A DNA stretch of 64,000 nt, taken from Macrostomum lignano. Taxonomy: Eukaryota. Every line of letters begins with the position of its first letter. Position 1 is the stretch's first letter. The position numbers and the translations under genes were made by a program. Shown here piece by piece: positions 1 through 41,050 of the stretch. The DNA lies in contig NIVC01000114.1 in NCBI GenBank assembly GCA_002269645.1, positions 1-64,000 on the forward strand, in the 5' to 3' direction. The notes below the pieces were generated by a model, which was not told where the DNA came from, ran no database searches, and was given only the letters and a program-made list of their open reading frames with translations.

Positions 1-1607
1 TAGCCTCCTTAATCCTTAAACTTTATTTTATTTGGTTACATTTGTTTGTTTGCAAACGGCATTGTGTAATGTTTGTGTTGATGTGTTTGTCAATGATTTT
101 CAAGCACTCTTAGCATAAACTGAACCAATTTCACCTGTTTAGCAGTAAGCTCTAATCTGATTTTAGGCAGCCAGAAATTGCATTTCTTCGTCAACTTTGT
201 GGAAACTTCACTCTCGGAAGGGCGTCGTTATTGTCTCTTTAACTGAAAATGTACTTCAGCTAAACCTCACCTGCCGCTCAAAAATACATTTGTCTAGTGT
301 CTTTGCCCATTGTGTTGTCTAATAATTAATGGTCATTAATCCTATATTCATAATCCAACTGATTAATGCATTAAGTTGACTCACTTTGCCCAGTTCCGGT
401 TGTCATAATCATACACATTATAATGCATACAAATGTTTCAATAACACGAATGAAGAAGCTTCAAGTAGGCAATGTGTTGACTTTGTGCGCTTTTCAATTC
501 GCGGCTTTTTGAGTCCATTCCAATCGTTACCAACTTTATCTGCTGTTATTTATCTACATGTATAACTACTAATACCGATATCCATATGCCAAACCAAATT
601 ATTGATAAAGTTTAATAATTATATTTGTATAATGAAGTATCATTGCCGGTCAAGAGTCAGGTTAAATTTGTGAATAATTGCGCACTACACATACTATTTA
701 TTAGTAAGTAGTTGTTGCGCTAAATTTCTCTAATTTTTCTGTTTGCGTTTTTTATTAATAATTTCTTTTGTTTTCTTGCGGCTTCGCACCAAAACTCTGA
801 CTATGCTACTATAGTGGCACTCGTACTAGTAGTATGATTAGCGAGGCGAATCGTTCGCATTTATAAACATTAATTTTGTCATTTCGAATCGGGGAATTGT
901 TTGGCTTAGGATTCATTGTTTGCTTTGGTGCTTTTAATCACCTTTGTACGTGTTAGTTGTCCAACTCCTTACTGTCGTGGGGGTACACAACTAATATCAG
1001 TTGATTATAATTATAAATATAGATTTAGAATAGAAAAAAAATATTATACAGCATGAGCTTAACCAGTTTTGCTAATAACTTTGGTTTCAATTTCTTTCCT
1101 CTCTATATATCTGTCAAAATTGATAACCAACAATTTGCTGTTTCAAGTTGGACTCACTCCGGTGCCTGTACTGTACATGCTGTACTAATGTAGGAATACA
1201 CGAGCCATTCTGCATATTTGTCATTTATTCTAACCTGTAGTGGTCGCTCGGATACTGATTGCTGTGCACAAGTTTAACATCTTTTTTCATCGTGTTTAAA
1301 AACAAAACAATGCCGACAAAGTGTGCACTGTTGTGTGTTATTATATTTTATTTATTAGTAATGAGAAAATAGTGCGATACATCATTTAGAACTGGATACC
1401 AGTAGCCAACAAGTTATAATTTGGCACGCTGCAACTTTATAAACTACATTTTTATAAATATATGCATCGCACACCCACTGTAGGGACTCCACTATCTCTG
1501 TGTTATTGTCTTTCTTATGTTTGAATAGAAAATATTCGTTATTTGCTTTGTCTTTTGATTTATTTGGATTCGTCAAATTGCTGCTTCAACTTTGACAATA
1601 TCAATAA

Positions 1608-2140
1608 CACTTCTCTCCAAGATCTGATTCTTTTCTGTCCCAGATCTGACTCTTCTCTCCAAGATCTGACTCTTTTCTGTCCAAGATCTGACTCTTCTCT
1701 CCAAGATCTGACTCTTCTGTCCAAGATCTGACTCTTCTCTCCAAGATCTGACTCTTCTGTCCAAGATCTGACTCTTCTCTCCAAGATCTGACTCTTTTCT
1801 GTCCAAGATCTGACTCTTCTGTCCAAGATATGACTCTTTTCTGTCCAAGATCTGACTCTTCTCTCCAAGATCTGACTCTTCTGTCCAAGATCTGACTCTT
1901 CTCTCCAAGATCTGACTCCTCTGTTTTCCAGATTGACTCTTCTCTCTTCCATATCTGACTCTTCTCTCTCCCATATCTGACTCTTCTCACTTCCATATCT
2001 GACTCTTCTCTCTCCCATATCTGACTCTTCTCTCTCCCATATCTGACTCTTCTCTCTCCCATATCTGACTCTTCTCACTTCCATATCTGACTCTTCTCAC
2101 TTCTATATCTGACTCTTCTCACTTCCATATCTGACTCTTT
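1608..2140. repeat. Minisatellite, ~21-23 bp unit (ccaagatctgactcttct.. grading into ccatatctgactcttctc..)
   Basis: Direct tandem copies; the 3' half has the same unit as the 3950-5520 array. Confidence 0.9.
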
Positions 2141-2469
2141 TAGCCAAAGTCTACCTGGCGAGGTGTGAATTTCACACTCGGTTCAAAATTTCGCATTTCG
2201 AATCGAAGTACAGAATCAGAACACGATGAAAATTTTCGAGCATGGACTTTAGGTTTCGAGCTTATTTAAAGGAAGTAAATGAATAAGTGTACACAGTATG
2301 TTATCAGTATGAGGTCTCATCCCGAAATGCATGTGCTCCCTGAATTCTCCTCGTTTGGGGATCTTTATTGTGAGTTTTGTGATCTATTGTGATCTTTATT
2401 TTTTTTGTATTTCTATCTATGTGACTCATGATTTCAGAAAAATTACAGCTGAACAGGTCGATTTTCATC

Positions 2470-2625
2470 AATCAGATCAGAAATTTTTCAATTGGTATAT
2501 ATTGTGACTATACATCTATAAGAAATTGCTTGATGCTATGTTAGAGGATTAAATTAATGCGAGCACTCCAAAAACATGCCTTTTGCAAAGGTCAAACTGG
2601 ATTTTCGACTTGAAATGCATTTTGT
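2470..2625 (+). repeat. Dispersed repeat fragment, copy 1 (copy 2 at 63145-63280)
   Basis: Shares gatcagaaatttt, aagaaattgct(t/c)gatgcta and caaaaacatgc..ttttgcaaaggtcaa....ttttcgacttgaaatgcatt with 63145-63280, same orientation. Confidence 0.7.
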
Positions 2626-2771
2626 ATTGGTAGATTATGCATTGTAGCCGTTGAATTCCAGTGCGCTGCCGCCTAGCTGCCACCGCAGCTCCGACTGTCT
2701 GGGTTGCGTCTTCCGCGTCTTTGAGCCGGATGGGCTGAAGTTCTGTGCCCGCTGAAGTGGCGAGCATGTAG

Positions 2772-3030
2772 TGAGGTTGAGTGGGTCTCGATGAAACTGT
2801 GAGGCTCAGCAGTGGGTCTGGATGAAGCTGTGAGGCTGAGCAGGGGTCTGGATGAAGCTGTGAGGCTCAGCAGAGGGTCTGGATGAAGCTGTGAGGCTCA
2901 GCAGTGGGTCTGGATGAAGCTGTGAGGCTGAGCAGGGGGTCTGGATGAAGCTGTGAGGCTCAGCAGTGGGTCTGGGTGAAGCTGTGAGGCTCGGCAGTGG
3001 GTCTGGATGAAGCTGTGAGGCTCAGCAGAG
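2772..3030. repeat. Minisatellite, ~31-32 bp unit (gaggctcagcagtgggtctggatgaagctgt)
   Basis: About 8 tandem copies. Confidence 0.9.
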
Positions 3031-3408
3031 CCGCTGTACACACTGCATGAGTGTTCATGTTTATGAGTGCGGTGACAGCACGGAGTCAGCGGAGCGGGCA
3101 GAATTGCCTCAACAGCGCTGGTTGTGGGGCGGTTGGCGGCTGGCTTTACGGAGGGTAAATTTGCGTTAATTTTACGAGTTTGTTAATCGAAATCAACCTA
3201 CCTGCAAGTGGCCTAAAAATTTAACTTCAAGATTAACACTGATCGTTTTCAATTGGGGAGTAACAAATCTAATAATATTTCCAATGACAAGCATCCAGTG
3301 TGCGTAGGATCTGTATCCAATGGCAGGAAAGCAACTGGTATAGAGACAACAATTAAGGATCAATGAAATCACAGTATAACTTCCACAGTGAAAGTTAGCG
3401 ATAAAGAT

Positions 3409-3850
3409 ATGTCGTTAGAAACTCTTTGTTGCTTATTTTCTGTTGCACTCTTGTCTGTGGAGCTCCTGCATGGCCTCAACTCCGAGCCCGCTGGGTTTTT
3501 TTAAGTTCGGCCCGCACGCCACGAAACCGGCTGTGCCCGCGTTTGTGCAGAAGCCGGGTGAGTTGCCGCTGCAACTGTGCACCGACACCTGCAAGTGCGG
3601 CCGTTTCTGCTGCTTCGGCGCTCAGTTCGGCGAGTACTGCTTCTGCGGCTCGGCCTACGGCTCTGTCGGAGTCGCTCCTGCCTCCCAATGCAATTTCCAA
3701 TGCGTCAGGAATGCATCGCAGGTGTGCGGTGGTCGCGATAGAAATTCAATCTATGGAATCATCTGCCCGAAATGTAAGCGAATGCCATGTTTATCAGATA
3801 GGAAAAGAAGCGCTTGCCTAAGTGGTGCATTGTCAGGCTCAGCAGTATGA
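3409..3850 (+). CDS. Secreted WSC-domain (carbohydrate-binding) protein; frameshifted at T7 3496-3502 (assembly error or pseudogene)
   Basis: ATG 3409 gives signal-peptide-like MSLETLCCLFSVALLSVELLHG-LNSEPAGFF, then TAA at 3502. The +1 frame continues FKFG...LCTDTCKCGRFCCFGAQFGEYCFCG...QCNFQCVRNASQVCGGRDRNSIY, a typical WSC cysteine pattern (Q.G..CFCG, C...C.......CGG....S.Y). Removing one T fuses the two frames. A gtaagc donor at 3774 may mean the real gene splices on; the 3' end is uncertain. Confidence 0.7.
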
Positions 3851-3869
3851 CACAGGAAAATCTCGCATC
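3800..3869 (+). repeat. Left arm of ~70-bp inverted repeat (right arm 6060-6130)
   Basis: aggaaaagaagcgcttgcctaagtggtgcattgtcaggctcagcagtatgacacaggaaaatctc is the reverse complement of 6060-6130 apart from a 2-bp indel and an edge mismatch. Confidence 0.85.
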
Positions 3870-3949
3870 TTTCTGAGTGAAGAGTCTCTTCAGAGTGAAA
3901 AGTCAGATATGGAGAGAGAGGGAGTGAAAATCTCTCCCGTATCTAAATC

Positions 3950-5520
3950 TTCACTCTCTCTCCCATATCTGACTCTTCACTCTCCCATATCTGACTCTTC
4001 ACTCTCTCTCCCATATCTGACTCTTCACTCTCCCATATCTGACTCTTCACTCTCCCATATCTGACTCTTCACTCTCCCATATCTGACTCTTCACTCTCCC
4101 ATATCTGACTCTTCACTCTCCCATATCTGACTCTTCACTCTCCCATATCTGACTCTTCACTCTCCCATATCTGACTCTTCACTCTCCCATATCTGACTCT
4201 TCACTCTCCCATATCTGACTCTTCACTCTCCCATATCTGACTCTTCACTCTCTCTCCCATATCTGACTCTTCACTCTCCCATATCTGACTCTTCACTCTC
4301 CCATATCTGACTCTTCTCTCTCCCATATCTGACTCTTCACTCTCCCATATCTGACTCTTCACTCTCCCATATCTGACTCTTCACTCTCCCATATCTGACT
4401 CTTCACTCTCCCATATCTGACTCTTCACTCTCCCATATCTGACTCTTCACTCTCCCATATCTGACTCTTCACTCTCCCATATCTGACTCTTCACTCTCCC
4501 ATATCTGACTCTTCACTCTCCCATATCTGACTCTTCACTCTCCCATATCTGACTCTTCACTCTCTCTCCCATATCTGACTCTTCACTCTCCCATATTTGA
4601 CTCTTCACTCTCCCATATCTGACTCTTCTCTCTCCCATATCTGACTCTTCAGTCTCCCATATCTGACTCTTCACTCTCCCATATCTGACTCTTCACTCTC
4701 CCATATCTGACTCTTCACTCTCCCATATCTGACTCTTCACTCTCCCATATCTGACTCTTCACTCTCCCATATCTGACTCTTCACTCTCCCATATCTGACT
4801 CTTCTCTCTCCCATATCTGACTCTTCAGTCTCCCATATCTGACTCTTCACTCTCCCATATCTGACTCTTCACTCTCCCATATCTGACTCTTCACTCTCCC
4901 ATATCTGACTCTTCACTCTCCCATATCTGACTCTTCACTCTCCCATATCTGACTCTTCACTCTCCCATATTTGACTCTTCACTCTCCCATATCTGACTCT
5001 TCACTCTCCCATATTTGACTCTTCACTCTCCCATATCTGACTCTTCACTCTCCCATATTTGACTCTTAACTCTCTCATATTTGACTCTTCACTCTCCCAT
5101 ATTTGACTCTTCACTCTCCCATATCTGACTCTTCACTCTCCCATATTTGACTCTTCACTCTCCCATATCTGACTCTTCACTCTCCCATATTTGACTCTTC
5201 ACTCTCCCATATTTGACTCTTCACTCTCCCATATTTGACTCTTCACTCTCCCATATTTGACTCTTCACTCTCTCTCTCCCATATCTGACTCTTCACTCTC
5301 TCTCTCCCATATCTGACTCTTCACTCTCCCATATCTGACTCTTCACTCTCCCATATTTGACTCTTCACTCTCCCATATTTGACTCTTCACTCTCCCATAT
5401 TTGACTCTTCACTCTCTCTCTCTCCCATATCTGAGTCTTCACTCTCTCTCTCCTATATCTGACTCTTCACACTCTCTCTCTCTCCCATATCTGACTCTTC
5501 ACTCTCACTCCAATATCTGA
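3950..5520. repeat. Minisatellite, 22 bp unit (ccatatctgactcttcactctc)
   Basis: About 70 near-identical tandem copies; one inverted unit sits at 3892-3922. Confidence 0.95.
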
Positions 5521-6059
5521 ATTAATTAGTGACTTAATCTGCGAATATGGACAGACCAGACGGTAAACCTTAATTTTGTCCTTAATCTGATTTGTGCAAA
5601 GACGCATAAACATAATTGTCTATGTTTTAAGATAGCTAGATAATAATAATAAGCTCTTAGATCTTGTTAATATGCAGCTATAAAAATTGACGGGTGCAGG
5701 ATATTCGAAAAAGTTGAAGTGGAAAATCTGTTGGCACGCCATGGTACAGTCCACAAGAATGAGCGTTGCGTGGCTAAGGAGCCATAACTACATTGCCGTT
5801 TAGTGCATTGGTTGCCGCATTCAAATCCCGCTATATAGAGAGCCCATTTTTAGTTTTGTTGGATCTGGCAGACAAAACAACAGACCATGCATGTGCAATC
5901 TTTTTAATGGAAATGATTAGTGACCCCTACTATCTGCATCAATTAAAATCACCCTTCCCATTCGAAAAATATATTTTTCTCTTAAGTAAATCCGTTGCGC
6001 TTGTAGAAGCTTTTTCAGCAGTTTTTTTTAATGATGGATTATAATCGAAGGTGCGAAAA

Positions 6060-6130
6060 ATGTGAGATTTTCCTGTGTCATATACTGCTGAGCCTGACAA
6101 TGCACCACTTAGGCAAGCGCTTCTTTTCCT
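6060..6130 (-). repeat. Right arm of ~70-bp inverted repeat (left arm 3800-3869)
   Basis: Reverse complement of 3800-3869; the ORF track shows the same peptide RKRSACLSGALSGSAV on both strands. Confidence 0.85.
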
Positions 6131-6984
6131 GTTACGCATCGCTGTGTTAATTAAAAGTCAACAAAACCAACTGAATATTTCATAGATCAATCAGTATTTC
6201 TAACCAAACCCATCTAGGAGGCTTACCTATCGGCTTAATTTGTTATTAATGAATTTAAGAAGAGGTTTGATGGCTTGACAAGACGCATTTTATTTCAATT
6301 TGCCTACAGTCTCATTGTATTTTTATCATTATATTTCGGAAATATATCGAAATATATTAAATTTCGATCGTAAAATGTTAATATTTCTACTCACAGTAGG
6401 CTATCCAGATCAGTCAGAAACTAAATAATTGCATATCAATTGGGCAGCCCTAAGTACAATGTTACTGTGTGGCCTTAAAGCCCCTCCAATTTTTTTGCTC
6501 TCCTATATATTTTACGCCTGCTTTTGCACTGTGTCTGAGGGCCTCCGCCTCTATATCTTTGCAGTCTGCAGATGCTGCCAGGCCCACAGGGGGAGGGGGT
6601 AGAAGCTAGGGGGCATTTGACGTCATCAAACCGCGCCTTAATTCGCGCGGTACGTACTTTTTTGTGCAGAGTAACTGCCTATACGACTAGTACTGCGTGT
6701 CTAATCGGCTGTAGGAGGCCGTTTGCAGACTTTTGAAGATTGCGATAGCGATTAATACAGTGTACTTTAACCAGCAGTTCTAATTCTTTTAAATTAACCT
6801 TAGAAAAACTAACGGATCAGATTACGTAGTGTAGGATTTTACCAGTTGTTCCAGAGGTACACAGGGTGTACATACATGTACTGTACATGTAGTTCTAGCT
6901 CGCATCTTATTAGTTAGATTTTTTTGCTAACATGCAAGTACATAAGCGCACATGTGCTGTAACTTACCACGTGTCTCTTCTTTT

Positions 6985-7955
6985 CGGGGACAGAGGCGCC
7001 AACCATCAGGGACAGAGGGGCCAACCTTCAGGGACAGAGGCGCCATCAACCATCAGGGACAGAGGCGCCAACCTTCAGGGACAGAGGCGCCATCAACCAT
7101 CAGGGACAGAGGCGCCAACCTTCAGGGACAGAGGCGCCATCAACCATCAGGGACAGAGGCGCCATCAACCATCAGGAACAGAGGCGCCATTAACCATCAG
7201 GAACAGAGGCGCCATCAACCATCAGGGACAGAGGCGCGCCATCAACCTTCAGGGACAGAGGCGCCATTAACCATCAGGAACAGAGGCGCCATCAACCATC
7301 AGGGACAGAGGCGCGCCATCAACCTTCAGGGACAGAGGCGCGCCATCAACCATCAGGGACAGAGGCGCCATCAACCATCAGGGACAGAGGCGCCATCAAC
7401 CATCAGGGACAGAGGCGCCATCAACCTTCAGGGACAGAGGCGCCAACCTTCAGGGACAGAGGCGCCATCAACCATCAGGGACAGAGGCGCCATCAACCAT
7501 CAGGGACAGAGGCGCGCCATCAACCATCAGGGACAGAGGCGCCAACATTCGGGGACAGAGGCGCCAACCTTCAGGGACAGAGGCGCCATCAACCATCAGG
7601 GACAGAGGCGCCAACCTTCAGAGACAGAGGCGCCATCAACCATCAGGGACAGAGGCGCGCCATCAACCATCAGGGACAGAGGCGCCAACATTCGGGGACA
7701 GAGGCGCCAACCTTCAGGGACAGAGGCGCCAACCTTCAGGGACAGGGGCGCCATAAACCATCAGAGACAGAGGCGCGCCATCAACCTTCAGGGACGGAGG
7801 CGCCATCAACCATCAGGGACAGAGGCGCCATCAACCTTCAGGAACAGAGGCGCCATCAACCTTCAGGGACAAACGCGCCATCAATCTTCAGGGAAAGAGG
7901 CGCCATCAACCATCAGGGACAGAGGCGCCAACCTTCAGGGACAGAGGCGCCAACC
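6985..7955. repeat. Compound minisatellite (cagggacagaggcgcc + atcaaccat / aacctt modules)
   Basis: Mosaic tandem array; ORFs 6932 and 6952 are its translation. Confidence 0.9.
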
Positions 7956-9137
7956 TAACTGTATAATTTTTCCAGTTCTCAACCTTTGATTAAAACGATA
8001 ATTCAAAATGAAGACATTTAGCGGACATTTCTTGAAAATTGCTCATAAATGAAAGAGCATTTGCATGAAAATAAAAAACCCTGATAAAAATCTTTAATAA
8101 ACTTTTGTGTGCCAGTCCTGGACTTTGACAACTCGCCTGGAGGCCATGCTCTCCTCTCACCGAATCACCCCACCAAACAGATATTTCTGGCCGTATTGTT
8201 TTTGTCATTTTCTTTATCAAAAGAACCGTGGGAAACGGGGCCTCTGAATACAGCTTGCCTTAATGTCTCGCCTATTACTAATAAACAATTTTAAAGCTCC
8301 TGCTACTGCCTACTACAAATAACTGCCAACTGGTGCTACGGTCGAATAGTAGGCTAATAACCCATCCGGCCATCCGTGCCAGGCGATCAAACCAAAATCA
8401 GAGCAGACAAGATCAAAGACAGACAGCCAAGCAATTGCGCTTTCTTCCTCCGATAAGTCCCGACCTCCTCAACTCCCATTATGCCATGACAGCCCCCCTC
8501 CCTCCCTCTACCCCAGACAGACGCTCGCTTATCTTGGCGGCCAACACACTCAATTTTTAAAAAATCCTTTTGCCAAAGCTTATAACAGATAGAGTTTTTA
8601 TACAGAGTGCAGCCGAGCCCTCCCCGGGCTTTAGGGAAGCGCAAGTTTGGTTTAAGCAAACGGAGAAGGAGAACTGTCACGGGTGGGGTCGGGTCGGGTT
8701 TTTGGAGAAGATTGCCAGTTAATAATGAACAGCGGCCCAGATCTAACCCCCCTACGGAAAACTAACGTGCGGTCCCGAAATCAACCTCTACTCCTGACCC
8801 GCCCACAACCCCCGCCAAGAAGGGTGAGCGGGCGGCTATTTTTAGTTCATCCAGCCAGTTGCGTACATTGGCAACGACCTACTCCTCCCGCTTTGCCCTC
8901 TCACCCCACCACCCCACTGGGGGCCAACACGTCGCCGCCGAGTTCACTCCTTCGCGTCCAAACCCCCGACACTCTCCCCACCCCAATATCTCTCTCTCGC
9001 GTGCCAAAAAGCCCGTTTGGAAGTCAGCGGGGGCCACCACCCCATTTAGTTTAATGCACGCGACATTGCTGTTGGCCCTGTGGTGAACGGTGTGTGGGCT
9101 GGGCGCTGTTCATCTGTTCCCATACCGTTCCTACCAG

Positions 9138-9191
9138 CTTATTGCTGCTAGCACGCACGTTGAACTAAATTGTACTACCTTCAACAACAAA
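9138..9191 (+). other. Candidate 5' UTR exon of PDE8
   Basis: ctaccag acceptor and gtaagt donor; acceptors at 9750/9760 lie just upstream of the PDE8 ATG. No transcript evidence. Confidence 0.35.
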
Positions 9192-9775
9192 GTAAGTTAG
9201 TCTAGGAGTTATTAGGCGAGAAGAGAAAAAATCAAGTACGTTTTCGGACCAGATACTAAACGAGTATAACACAACTAACTTGACAACTTGAGCCTTGAGC
9301 TAGTTTGCAAAATAGCTAGTTTTTTTAACTGTCTGTATTGTCTTATTTTCGCTTATGACAATATACTAAAATATTTACTTGTTGTCGAGTCCCGCCCCGT
9401 AGTAAGGGCAAGGCCCAACAACTGGTTTTGATCGAGAACGAGCACCCGAGCACACGCAATGGCCTTGGAATCTGATTAAATAATTTTAAATTAGGGAAGC
9501 CGCTATTAGGAAGGCTTTTTATAGCTTGCTATTTTATTGCTTACCTTGATCAAGTCCTCCAAACTCCCTCGATTTTATTGCCCGCCACACCCCTTTAACC
9601 CCAGTCATTCAATATTTACCGGATTAGTGCTGCCATTGTGTGCAATCTAATCTAATCTACATAATCTTTGTTTTATTTGAGCCCAGCCCTAATAAAACTG
9701 AAACGAGTGCTACTGCTACGATAGTGGATATATATTTATTACCATATCAGCTTGGCTCAGCTAATTAAAAGCCAC

Positions 9776-38371
<28,596 letters not shown>

Positions 38372-38814
38372 CCTTCCTGCGCCGCTCGCTCTCTTTAGAA
38401 CTCATAATTTATTCGAGAATAGGTCATTTCTATCTATTTTTGTTAAACAATAGTAAAAGATGCTCTATATAGTATTTTTCGATACATATCGGCTGGATCA
38501 GATCTGGGTAATTAAACTTGTGTAAATGTCTGCCTAAAATTCGAGTCTGTTTCTGTAGGAAAAATCCACCCAATATTTAATTAATGAATTATGAAATTGG
38601 TCTCCCAGCTTTGATTTTGTTTTTTCTAAGTTTTCTGTTCTAGTTGATGCACATCTTATACCAAACCTGTCAATACTTTGTCCATCTTCGTTTCGTTTTG
38701 TCACCTGTAATAAATTGGCATGCGGCAAAATGCTTTTTTTAATCGGGCCAATAAATTTAAGCTTTCTAGTTTAATTATCAAGCTGACATTGAGGATTTTC
38801 TTAGGAAAATCTGT

Positions 38815-38850
38815 TATTTCCAGGAATCGAACTCGCGACCTGTCCAAGTG
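38815..38850 (-). mobile_element. tRNA/SINE B-box remnant
   Basis: Minus strand caggtcgcGAGTTCGATTCCtgg; no matching A box found. Confidence 0.3.
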
Positions 38851-40616
38851 TAAATAAATCTCCCAGTAACATATAAAGAATTTTGTTTTTGTCTGTAGTT
38901 GAGTCCAATTTTTGTTTGTATTGAAAGATAATTATCGAGAGTTCTTGGAACACGACTCATTACATCGTGCGTTCTTTTGAATAAAAATTTGTATTTTCTC
39001 TTCTATTTTTGATGGCTTCGCTACTATCAGTAGCTGAATTTGACAATTTAACTACATTTAGACTAAATCTTGAATAGTTTATTCCCTACTTCTTGGCTTA
39101 TTATTCGTTTGGCGAGCGAAAAACCAATGACTTTATTGTTCATTTTTGCTGGCGCGACCACATACCACTTGTAACAACTGCTGAATTATAATGAATTGTT
39201 CTTATCTGCTGGCTGTTTGCCCATATCTTTGTTCTTTCTTTGTAATGTTCTCCTCCCTGACATTTCCCAGGTTTATATTGTATTCAGACTGAGATTCGAA
39301 GAGCTAGCTATTACTGAATTATGATTTTGAGCTGAAGCCTCAAGTTCTATTTGTTTTGTATTTTTTCGTATTAATTCTACAATTGTATATTCTACTTTTG
39401 GTTGCCCATTCGATGTTATTCAAAATTCGTCTTGCTGAAATTGATCAGGGTGAACCTTGCCGCAAAATTAACTCCCCCGTTTACATGACAGCCACAATCA
39501 CAATTATAAACTGTCGATTATGATTTCTTTGTTTCATAAAAATTATATCGATTTATTACTATATTGATAATTATTTACGTTGGCGCGTTTAGCGTTCATG
39601 AAATATAAGCGCATTGGATAGATCGAGCAGGTGCAACCGTGCGCTTGCACTAATAGTACCTACCATACACACAAATAGACATTTTGTAGCTGCGTAGCTC
39701 AATTTTTTGCAACAAAGTCAGAAAATAGCCTGAATTTTCCAGTTCTTGGTTTTTTAAAACAACATAAATTTAGAACAGATAACTCAGTAGTAAGCAGTAG
39801 TATGAATAGCTATGATTTCTGCTAAAGTTTAAGATACTTGTATTCTTCGTACGTACGTATTACTCACAGTCACGCTGGCTTTTTCTATCCTCATAAGGTG
39901 TGAAGATTTCTAAAATCAAATCAATATTGCAACTATAGAACGTTCTGATTATGAGATAAGCGATATCTGGGAGTTCGACTTACTGCGTGGTAGAAGCTGC
40001 TTTGCAAAGTTATTTTTCGATACATATCGGGAAATATAATTTGTTGATTAGTTTCTAGCAATATTTTTGTTGAAAAAAGTGAAGTCATTCTTTTAAAATT
40101 GTATAAATTTATGCTTGTGTATTATTCATGCAACCATGGTATCATTTAGTCAGGACTAAATATTACTGAAATATTTATGTTAAAATTTAAAGGTTCACCA
40201 GAGAGGCTTGATAATTAATTTAAACTTTAAATAAATAGTAATAGACTTTATATTTGCTTGTATTTCTAATATCGTTTAGTAGTGTTTTTATTTGCGTTTT
40301 GCATTAATTAGTGTCGGTCTAATGATTTAATTGTTTATTCTCATAAATATAACTATAAGTCATTTATAATATAAATAATAAAATCATTTTATGGCTAAGT
40401 TTATTTTTTAGTTTTAATGACATGCTAACAATTGACAAGTGACTTTATAGAGATTTGTAAAATCTATGGCCACCCTCCAGCTAACGTTTGGTCGATTCGT
40501 TTGAAGTAATTTTTTGTTTTCATCTGGAATGTTGCACTTCAGGCTTTATTAAAAAAGTATTTGGAACTTTTGTATTTTTAATATGGCCCAGTGGCAAATG
40601 GGGACAAAACTGCAAA

Positions 40617-40912
40617 AAGGTTACAGTCCGTCTGTATTAGCTAGGCTACCTGCCGACGCCTATTCACGGGTGCGATCCCTCTACTGCTCGACGCGGAGAC
40701 TTTTGCCTGCTGGGTGTACCCCCTGGGCCGGTACGTCTCTCCTTGGCTAACCTGGCCGCCCCGGCCTCCGCCAGGGTGACCATGTTGACGCCAGGCTTAG
40801 AGTGGACACCTGATCAACATAGAGCGTCGACAGACAGGACTCCCAGCTTCAAGCCGTTCCGTTTCCCGGCCTCCAGGTAGCTGGATTACAGACGCACGCC
40901 ACTACGCCCGGC
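40617..40912 (-). ncRNA. 7SL: Signal recognition particle RNA (metazoan 7SL)
   Basis: The minus strand starts GCCGGGCGTAGTGGCGTGCGTCTGTAATCCAGCTAC (Alu domain, UGUNR motif). It continues GATCAGGTGTCC..CTAAG..GGCGTCAACATGGT, helix 6 with GGAG loop, ACCGGCCCAGG..AGCAGG (helix 8) and CAGTAG.GGGATCGC.CC.GTGAATAG, collinear with human 7SL over ~296 nt. A TTTTT Pol III terminator follows (40614-40618). Confidence 0.95.
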
Positions 40913-41050
40913 CATTCGTTGGGGTGTCAGAAGTGATATTTAAGGCAATATAGTAGTATAAATAGCGCTTTTCGATATATTTTATTTCGTACATGTGTCA
41001 TATTTTAAACAATGCGCACATATATTTGCAAAAATATATATTTGCCACAA

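Noticed and set aside
6618-6625. Perfect CRE (TGACGTCA) 3 kb upstream of the PDE8 start
   Set aside because: Attractive as cAMP feedback, but about one such 8-mer is expected by chance in 64 kb and the TSS is unknown.
6952-7989. 345-aa Arg/Gln-rich ORF
   Set aside because: Entirely the cagggacagaggcgcc minisatellite.
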